Virus record (IMG/VR): IMGVR_UViG_3300039180_001471
Coordinates: 1-36,070 of that record
Strand: one strand, 5' to 3'
Origin: a virus
Lineage: Duplodnaviria; Caudoviricetes
DNA length: 36,070 nt
Below are positions 30,471 to 36,070 of the stretch, one piece after another (the first letter of the stretch is position 1; each line of letters starts with the position of its first letter). The notes under the pieces are model-generated. The model ran no database searches, was not told where the DNA came from, and saw only the letters and a program-made list of their open reading frames with translations. The position numbers and the translations under genes were made by a program.

Positions 30471-31184
30471 ATGGCAACAAGAGCATTAATAGGCACAATT
30501 GAAACAGATGCAGCAGGTAATCAGGTTTTAACATCAACATATAACCACTATGATGGTTACCCGGATAATTTAGGGGTAGCATTAAACAAACATTATGATG
30601 AATCTCAATCAGCCAAGCAAATTTCAAACCAAGGATATATTTCATACTTAGATCCAGAAACAGGAGCAATTGATGCTAAACATAAAGAAGCAGCAGGGAA
30701 AGACGTATTACCTGATAATTTTGAGGAAGCAATGTATGAAGTTCATGCGATAGCAGATTCAATGGGAGCTGATTATGTTTATCTTTATGACTTTGATGCT
30801 TTTGCTTGGCTTGATTCTAGAAATGCATCAAAAGCATTAATTAATAAATTTAAAATGTCAGGAATTGATAATCAATTTGAGGCTTATGAAGATGACCCAG
30901 ATAACCCACTAGGCATACCTGGAGATAATGCTTTAGGATTAGAAGAAGGTGATTATATCACTGAGTGGAAATCATTTCTAAATGAAGGAACATTTGATGC
31001 TGCTGAAAAAATTAAAGACTTAATGATTAAGTTAAAAGATGAACCTAAAGATAATGTTGAATTATACTTAGATTCAGTTAAACGAGATATCAAACGTGGT
31101 GATGTAGCTCAATACCAAGAAATGTCAATAGAGGACATGGTAGAAGATTATGAGAACTACATTCAAGATAGAATGGATTCATAA
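30471..31184 (+). CDS. Phage hypothetical protein (YxHxDGYP motif) with acidic C-terminal part
   Basis: MATRALIG...YNHYDGYP...DYVYLYD. Confidence 0.7.
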   Translation: MATRALIGTIETDAAGNQVLTSTYNHYDGYPDNLGVALNKHYDESQSAKQISNQGYISYLDPETGAIDAKHKEAAGKDVLPDNFEEAMYEVHAIADSMGADYVYLYDFDAFAWLDSRNASKALINKFKMSGIDNQFEAYEDDPDNPLGIPGDNALGLEEGDYITEWKSFLNEGTFDAAEKIKDLMIKLKDEPKDNVELYLDSVKRDIKRGDVAQYQEMSIEDMVEDYENYIQDRMDS

Positions 31185-31351
31185 TGGCAAGTAGCTATAA
31201 AATCATTTTGCAAGATTCATCAACAGGAGATTACCTTACAGATTCAGGTTGGAGCTCTGATATAGTAAATGCTAAATCTTTCTCCCAAACAGATTTGGAT
31301 TCATTACCATCTGGAAGTTATATCCAACTTACTATATGGAGTATAACATAA
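31184..31351 (+). CDS. Small hypothetical protein, 55 aa (MASSYKIILQDSSTGDYL...)
   Basis: Read by hand; TAATG coupling. Confidence 0.6.
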   Translation: MASSYKIILQDSSTGDYLTDSGWSSDIVNAKSFSQTDLDSLPSGSYIQLTIWSIT

Positions 31352-31379
31352 ATAAAAGTTTAATATAAAAATCAAAAAA

Positions 31380-31580
31380 ATGAGTTATTACATTGCAAAA
31401 GTGAAAATTCGTCATGAAGACGAAAATGGTAAGATGAAAAAGACAATTGAATCTTATTTAGTAGATGCTGTATCGGTAACAGATGCAGAAGTAAAAGTTG
31501 TTAAAGACTTTGAAGGCATAAGTATGGAATACGAAGTATCTGCTGTGTCCGAAACTAAAATTATTAAAGTTATTAGTTAA
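31380..31580 (+). CDS. DUF4494-like protein (single repeat)
   Basis: YYIAKVK...DENGKMKK..ESYLVDA.S.TDAE...YEVSAVSETKI resembles Bacteroidota DUF4494. Confidence 0.7.
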   Translation: MSYYIAKVKIRHEDENGKMKKTIESYLVDAVSVTDAEVKVVKDFEGISMEYEVSAVSETKIIKVIS

Positions 31581-31594
31581 ATTTTAAAAACATC

Positions 31595-31703
31595 TTAAAG
31601 ACTTCCGCGAAGGGATTTGGCTTAGCCAGATCCCTTTCGTATATTTACGGGGTAAATGAGGCGCGAAGCCATGCATTTAAAATTAAAAAATAAAGGTTAT
31701 GTT
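31595..31703 (+). repeat. Promoter/leader cassette copy 1
   Basis: ttaaagacttccgcg...ttgg...ttcgtatatttacggggtaaatgaggcgcgaagccatgcatttaaaattaaaaaataaaggttatg; 31636-31703 differs from 32381-32448 at one base. Confidence 0.9.
31609..31640 (+). terminator. 13-bp stem-loop overlapping the promoter (putative terminator)
   Basis: gaagggatttggc-tta-gccagatcccttt. Confidence 0.55.
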
Positions 31704-31881
31704 AAAAAAAATCGATTTTAAATTTTTAGTATTAGCACTAGGTGCTACCAGTTTAAGTTTGCTTACAATAGCAGGAGTTGTTCAAAATTATATTCACTTT
31801 TCTGATCCATTAAATGAGATAGGGTTTGCTTTTATGGCAATGTTTGGTGGTGTATTATTTGCGTTAGGTGTTAAAAAATAA
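31699..31881 (+). CDS. Small two-TM membrane protein
   Basis: Two hydrophobic helices; first gene of cassette 1. Confidence 0.7.
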   Translation: MLKKIDFKFLVLALGATSLSLLTIAGVVQNYIHFSDPLNEIGFAFMAMFGGVLFALGVKK

Positions 31882-31885
31882 GGTT

Positions 31886-32011
31886 ATGAGTAAAACAAAA
31901 CTACAAAAAGTCCAATTTACTATCCAGGAGATTTGGCAAGCAATGAGAGGTAATATTCAAAAAAGCAAAAAACAATACAAACGTAAAAATAAACACAAAA
32001 ATAAGTTATGA
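31886..32011 (+). CDS. Small highly basic protein, 41 aa, with ArfA-like KSKKQYKRKNKHK motif
   Basis: Read by hand: MSKTKLQKVQFTIQEIWQAMRGNIQKSKKQYKRKNKHKNKL*. AAGGTTATG start; ATGA overlap with the next gene. Confidence 0.65.
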   Translation: MSKTKLQKVQFTIQEIWQAMRGNIQKSKKQYKRKNKHKNKL

Positions 32012-32331
32012 AAAAATTATTAACAATAGCAGCATTAGTATTTAGTATGAATGCAATGTCTCAAGACGTTTATATCCCGAATGCATTTACACCTAATGGT
32101 GATGGGAGAAACGATACTTTTATACCGGTATTTAACGATTCACTTAAAGTTAAAGATTACAATTTTGAAATATATGATAGATCTGGAGTTCGAGTATTTC
32201 AATCGAGTAACCCAAATGTTGGGTGGGATGGTTTACCATTTGATACTACATACGTTTATAAATTTTATATTAGATTTAAAGGGTATGATGAAGGCATTGT
32301 TAGAACTGGAAGTGTAACTGTAATGCTATAA
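32008..32331 (+). CDS. Signal peptide plus stand-alone T9SS type-B C-terminal sorting domain (gliding motility-associated CTD, CHU_C-like)
   Basis: MKKLLTIAALVFSMNAMSQ, then YIPNAFTPNGDGRNDTF...IYDRSG..VF...WDG...YVY...GSVTV. Confidence 0.88.
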   Translation: MKKLLTIAALVFSMNAMSQDVYIPNAFTPNGDGRNDTFIPVFNDSLKVKDYNFEIYDRSGVRVFQSSNPNVGWDGLPFDTTYVYKFYIRFKGYDEGIVRTGSVTVML

Positions 32332-32339
32332 AAAATAAT

Positions 32340-32448
32340 TTAAAGACTTCCGCGCAAATATTTGGTTCCCCGAGGAATTGTTCGTATATTTACGGAGTAA
32401 ATGAGGCGCGAAGCCATGCATTTAAAATTAAAAAATAAAGGTTATGTT
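32340..32448 (+). repeat. Promoter/leader cassette copy 2
   Basis: 745 nt after copy 1; tttgg 32361-32365, tatattta from 32385. Confidence 0.9.
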
Positions 32449-32617
32449 TGAAGAAAAAGTATTTTGGAAAGATGAATTTGATGGAGAAGCAAAAGGTGGT
32501 TTACATTTTAGGTCATTTGATTTAAATCAATTCATTAAAAAAGTAGAAAAAGATGGTACTGAAGTAGTAGGTATCAAATTTGAAGGAAATAATTTAGAAT
32601 TAATCATTAAAAAATAA
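32444..32617 (+). CDS. Small hypothetical protein, 57 aa (MFEEKVFWKDEFDGEAKGG...)
   Basis: Read by hand; ATG sits at the same cassette position as the 31699 start. Confidence 0.75.
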   Translation: MFEEKVFWKDEFDGEAKGGLHFRSFDLNQFIKKVEKDGTEVVGIKFEGNNLELIIKK

Positions 32618-32626
32618 ATAAAAGTT

Positions 32627-33007
32627 ATGTCAAAACCCATAAAAACAATCGTGACGCCTAAATGGCAAAAAATTAAAGCAATGTATGAAGCCGGAACTAA
32701 TGGTTCAGATGCTTATGGTAAAAATTTTCCATTAGATGGTGAATTAGATCAAATGTGTTGTGAATTTATAGATATGTTAGGTACTATTACTCAAGAATAT
32801 GGGTGGGGTGTTATAATAGAAGACATTAAAATGGATCTATGGAAAGAACGCATTTGGTCTCTAGTAGAAAATGCCGGTTTACTCCCAGAAATAGCTTGGA
32901 GAGATGATAAAGAATCAGATCGATTAGAGGCTAAAGAAAATTTTGATTTATCAGATGATGAAGAGGTTGATTTAGATGAATTATCAAAGCAAGAATATGG
33001 GTTTTAA
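32627..33007 (+). CDS. Hypothetical acidic protein
   Basis: 126-aa ORF; AAAAGTTATG start. Confidence 0.7.
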   Translation: MSKPIKTIVTPKWQKIKAMYEAGTNGSDAYGKNFPLDGELDQMCCEFIDMLGTITQEYGWGVIIEDIKMDLWKERIWSLVENAGLLPEIAWRDDKESDRLEAKENFDLSDDEEVDLDELSKQEYGF

Positions 33008-33019
33008 TTCAAAAGTAAT

Positions 33020-33136
33020 TTAAAGACTCCCGCGCAAAAACTTGGTTTAGCCAAGGAGCTTTCGTATATTTACACCGTAAATGAGGTTAGTGCCTCGAGT
33101 TAAATAAAGTAAAAATTAAAAAAAATAAAGGTTATG
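33020..33136 (+). repeat. Promoter/leader cassette copy 3 (diverged)
   Basis: ttaaagactcccgcgcaaa...cttgg(33041)...ttcgtatatttacaccgtaaatgagg...aaaaataaaggttatg; 680 nt after copy 2. Confidence 0.85.
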
Positions 33137-33886
33137 TCAAATCAAGTAAAACAATTAGAGTTAGATTTCGGAATGTTAACAGTCGATCAACAAGAACGTG
33201 TTGATTCATTCAAAAGAAATCAAGAGAGAAATTCCACCAGACGTATTGAAAGTATTAAACATACTCAAGAATTATTATTATCCGGTGGTTTCCAAGAAGG
33301 TATTCATTTTGTAAATGATTTCAAATGTGAAACAATAACAGAATTTAGATCATTCGGTTATGGAGAGAATGAGTTTGAAGCTGAAGTTACATTTGATAAC
33401 ACTACAGGTGGTTGTAGTTTAATTACTGATTATTTTAATTCTCAAAAAAATGAGATGACAATAAGAACAGTTAGTGTTAGTCGTGAAGGTGATAAATTAG
33501 AATGTACTTATATAACATCACAATATAGAGCATATAAACCAACTTCATTATTTAGTAAATTACAAGATTATAATACTGATCAAAAAAATAAGCATGCCTA
33601 TGCTAATAAAACTAAATCAATATTAAACCACACAATAGATAAGTATAAAAAATTATTTCCAAATGCTACTGTTGAGGAAGGAAGTGATTATTATAAGGGT
33701 AGTAAATATAATTACACTGAATTTCCAATAGTATATGTTAAGTTTGATAGTGGTTCTTATGTTTCATTTAAATTAGGAAGTGAGATAGATAAAGAATATA
33801 CTCATAAGAAATTCGATAGAGTTGCTAGTGATATGAGTATAAATGATACATTAGAAGTGTTCAACAATCAAGAAGTTAAAAAATAA
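33134..33886 (+). CDS. Hypothetical protein
   Basis: 250-aa ORF; first gene of cassette 3. Confidence 0.75.
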   Translation: MSNQVKQLELDFGMLTVDQQERVDSFKRNQERNSTRRIESIKHTQELLLSGGFQEGIHFVNDFKCETITEFRSFGYGENEFEAEVTFDNTTGGCSLITDYFNSQKNEMTIRTVSVSREGDKLECTYITSQYRAYKPTSLFSKLQDYNTDQKNKHAYANKTKSILNHTIDKYKKLFPNATVEEGSDYYKGSKYNYTEFPIVYVKFDSGSYVSFKLGSEIDKEYTHKKFDRVASDMSINDTLEVFNNQEVKK

Positions 33887-33887
33887 C

Positions 33888-34115
33888 ATGGAAGCAATAT
33901 TAAAATTTAGTTTACCCAACGATAAATGGGAGTTTAAAATGGCAAATGAAAGTGCGGCAATGCATTCTGTGATTTGGGATATGGATCAATGGTTAAGGAA
34001 GAAGATAAAACATGCACCTGATACTATGAGCGAAGACATCTATAACACATTTGAGGTATGTAGAGAGCAACTACATGAGTTTATTAATGAATATAATATA
34101 AATTTAGAAGCATAA
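33888..34115 (+). CDS. Conserved phage hypothetical protein
   Basis: MEAILKFSLP...WDMDQWLR..IK pattern. Confidence 0.7.
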   Translation: MEAILKFSLPNDKWEFKMANESAAMHSVIWDMDQWLRKKIKHAPDTMSEDIYNTFEVCREQLHEFINEYNINLEA

Positions 34116-34354
34116 TGGAAAATAAAAAAGGTAGAAAATACGACCGTGAAAAATGGGGATGGAAAGGTGAAAGTGAAATTATAGATCATGATTGCCACTA
34201 TTCAGGTCTACCATCACCATCGGCTTATGAAGATAAACACTCATATTATAACAGTGAGCGTAAATTAAAAACCGAGAAATTTTCATTGCATGCCATTGGT
34301 TTTTGCATGGTTGCTGTGGTAGTTTTAACTGCGTTAATTCTTATATTAAAATAA
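34115..34354 (+). CDS. Hypothetical protein with C-terminal TM helix
   Basis: CHYSGLPSP motif; hydrophobic C-terminus. Confidence 0.65.
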   Translation: MENKKGRKYDREKWGWKGESEIIDHDCHYSGLPSPSAYEDKHSYYNSERKLKTEKFSLHAIGFCMVAVVVLTALILILK

Positions 34355-34443
34355 TGACATTAATATTTGATATTATATTAGGAGCTATGTGTTTAGCAGT
34401 TGGTTTTTATATTGTAGATGTAGCAACACCAAATAAGAAATGA
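34354..34443 (+). CDS. 29-aa single-TM peptide (MTLIFDIILGAMCLAVGFYIVDVATPNKK)
   Basis: Read by hand; TAATG and ATGA coupling on both sides. Confidence 0.55.
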   Translation: MTLIFDIILGAMCLAVGFYIVDVATPNKK

Positions 34444-34625
34444 TTGGAATAACGAGGATAACTAAAACCGAGAAGCGATATAGTAAACAAATGGGTTTAT
34501 TGGATTGTAATGTTACACGAATACATAAAACAATATTCGGAATACCTTTTAAGCAGTTACATGCATATAGAGAAACGTATTATGGGGATGTTAAAAGTTT
34601 GAGTGAGTGTAATTTAAGTAGATAA
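34440..34625 (+). CDS. Hypothetical protein
   Basis: 61-aa ORF in a coupled run. Confidence 0.6.
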   Translation: MIGITRITKTEKRYSKQMGLLDCNVTRIHKTIFGIPFKQLHAYRETYYGDVKSLSECNLSR

Positions 34626-34802
34626 ATGGCGAAAAAAACAAAATTTAAAGTAGGAGATGTGGTTCGTAGTAATGAACATATAGGTATATGGAAGTTAGTT
34701 TGGTATAAAACGGGTGATAATACTTGTGCTATACAGAACCACAATACAAGAGCACTTGCTAAGGTAAGTCAATTAAAGTTAATAGTTGAAGATGAATACT
34801 GA
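34626..34802 (+). CDS. Small SH3/KOW-like protein, 58 aa (MAKKTKFKVGDVVRS...)
   Basis: Read by hand; FKVGDVV motif; starts immediately after the upstream stop. Confidence 0.6.
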   Translation: MAKKTKFKVGDVVRSNEHIGIWKLVWYKTGDNTCAIQNHNTRALAKVSQLKLIVEDEY

Positions 34803-34823
34803 GTTGAATTAAAAAAATAATAA

Positions 34824-35210
34824 ATGAAAATGAAACAAAAAGTAATTAACGTAAGTTATAGAAAAGACAGTAATACATTTGAGGATTGGATGAAATATGA
34901 AATTGAAATCCTAAATGAAGATAATACTAAAGAACTAATCCCAGCTTATGGTAAGGATTTACAAGATGCATTATCACGAGTTGTGCATGATAAAAGAGCA
35001 AAGAAAATTGAAGATAAAGTTATTAAAAAAATCCCTGATGGTGGATGGGTAATAGCTTGGTTTTTAGGTATGTCTTTAGTTACTATTGGTATTTATTACA
35101 ATGTTACTGATAAGTATGTTGGTTTTTATATAATAGGGGGAATGGCCTTATATGTACTTTCAACACTATCAATAACCAATTGGTTTAATATCAAAAATAA
35201 AGACAAATGA
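34824..35210 (+). CDS. Membrane protein (two C-terminal TM helices)
   Basis: 128 aa; PAYGKDLQDAL followed by two hydrophobic segments. Confidence 0.7.
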   Translation: MKMKQKVINVSYRKDSNTFEDWMKYEIEILNEDNTKELIPAYGKDLQDALSRVVHDKRAKKIEDKVIKKIPDGGWVIAWFLGMSLVTIGIYYNVTDKYVGFYIIGGMALYVLSTLSITNWFNIKNKDK

Positions 35211-35386
35211 TGGATATTATAACATATTTTTTCATAGGACTAGCAGTAGGCTTTATGTTAGAAACTATAAATAGGTTTGCAGGAGAGCCAAATAAAATTA
35301 ATATGGTGGAGAGATTATTAGTGATATTATTATGGCCTATAATGTTAACTCTTTTCATCTATCACTTTATCAAATCAATGTTATGA
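35207..35386 (+). CDS. Small two-TM membrane protein, 59 aa (MMDIITYFFIGLAVGF...LLWPIML)
   Basis: Read by hand; ATGA overlaps at both ends. Confidence 0.65.
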   Translation: MMDIITYFFIGLAVGFMLETINRFAGEPNKINMVERLLVILLWPIMLTLFIYHFIKSML

Positions 35387-35736
35387 TCATAAGAGATTTA
35401 TTTATAGGAATGGCATCATTTTTAGTTGCTCATATAATTACCTTTTACCAATTAAATGGACAATTCATATCCAAATGGTTTAGAGATAATGAGTGGGTGG
35501 TAGCAGCAACCGGAATTATTATTTCATTCTTCTACATATGGGGAACTAAGTATGTAGTTAGTGGTATGGGTGGTGAAATGTGGCCTTCAAGATTTATTGG
35601 GTTTGGAATTGGGATGATAATATACGCTGTAGGTATTAATTATCATTTTAACGAGGGATTAACCCCTAAAACAATAGTTAGTTTATGTATAGCATTAATT
35701 TTAATATGTGTGCAGGTATTATGGAAGACAACATAG
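35383..35736 (+). CDS. Four-TM membrane protein, SMR/DMT-like (start re-called to 35383)
   Basis: Four hydrophobic helices and a FNEGLT.KTIVSL pattern; ATGA coupling favours 35383 over 35332. Confidence 0.6.
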   Translation: MIIRDLFIGMASFLVAHIITFYQLNGQFISKWFRDNEWVVAATGIIISFFYIWGTKYVVSGMGGEMWPSRFIGFGIGMIIYAVGINYHFNEGLTPKTIVSLCIALILICVQVLWKTT

Positions 35737-35837
35737 ATTTTAACTTCCTATATTGGGATGAAGATGATTTAGATGAAGATACACCTAAAAAAACAAATAA
35801 AAATACATTTAGTGATAGTTTAGAAGATGATGAATAG
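35721..35837 (+). CDS. 38-aa highly acidic peptide (MEDNIDFNFLYWDEDDLDED...)
   Basis: Read by hand; fills the gap between neighbouring genes. Confidence 0.45.
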   Translation: MEDNIDFNFLYWDEDDLDEDTPKKTNKNTFSDSLEDDE

Positions 35838-36070
35838 AATATTAGAAAGAATAGCATGGAAGACAAGACGATGGAATTTCAAATACCAATCGTTTATATT
35901 ATACCTTCACAACGATACAACGTGGGGATTTAGTATAGCAGTGTTTACAATCAACAATAGAGAGTATTCAATGTTATCGATCCAATTTAGATTACCCAAC
36001 AAAACCAACGTTAAAGTATTATCATTAGATCATTGGGATATTTTATTTCTACGAAATTATTTATTCAAAA
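35827..36070 (+). CDS. Hypothetical protein, partial (runs off right edge)
   Basis: Open frame MMNRILERIAWKTRRWNFKY... to the end of the window. Confidence 0.6.
   Translation, partial: MMNRILERIAWKTRRWNFKYQSFILYLHNDTTWGFSIAVFTINNREYSMLSIQFRLPNKTNVKVLSLDHWDILFLRNYLFK

Noticed and set aside
11639-32317. Alternative-frame + strand ORFs 11639-11839, 15686-15901 and 32051-32317
   Set aside because: They are fully nested in genes with clear family motifs and have no independent support.
31595-33136. CRISPR array interpretation of the three repeats
   Set aside because: Units are ~110 nt, separated by ~570-640 nt of protein-coding DNA, and contain promoter and start signals. There is no cas1/cas2.

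Overview
This is an AT-rich (roughly 30% GC by eye), densely packed segment with every credible gene on the + strand. It is almost certainly from a large T4-like (myovirus-type) phage of Bacteroidota, probably Flavobacteriia. Host evidence is a Bacteroidota-type TTGG-N19-TATATT promoter repeated about 12 times, starts lacking a Shine-Dalgarno (AAAG[G]TT-ATG), a DUF4494-like gene and a T9SS type-B sorting domain. Gene order: (1) 7-deazaguanine/nucleotide genes (queE 3' end, hpt, folE, MazG-like pyrophosphatase); (2) a replication block (split family-B DNA polymerase, carbamoyltransferase, sliding clamp, clamp loaders) interrupted by hsp20-groES-groEL; (3) DUF1599, a Cas4-like nuclease and a ~9.5 kb glycosyl-/methyltransferase array; (4) a TraR-like zinc finger, HNH proteins, a lysozyme-like protein and an HldE-type heptose kinase; (5) an accessory region of small genes driven by repeated promoter/stem-loop cassettes. 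The most notable signals are a stand-alone, signal-peptide-bearing T9SS type-B CTD (possible secretion/gliding decoy), a ~30-nt G-U-containing inverted repeat bracketing hsp20 (possible 5'-3' RNA switch), and a queE-hpt-folE-MazG-polB arrangement hinting at nucleotide-level deazaguanine handling. All product calls come from motif recognition by eye; no database searches were run.
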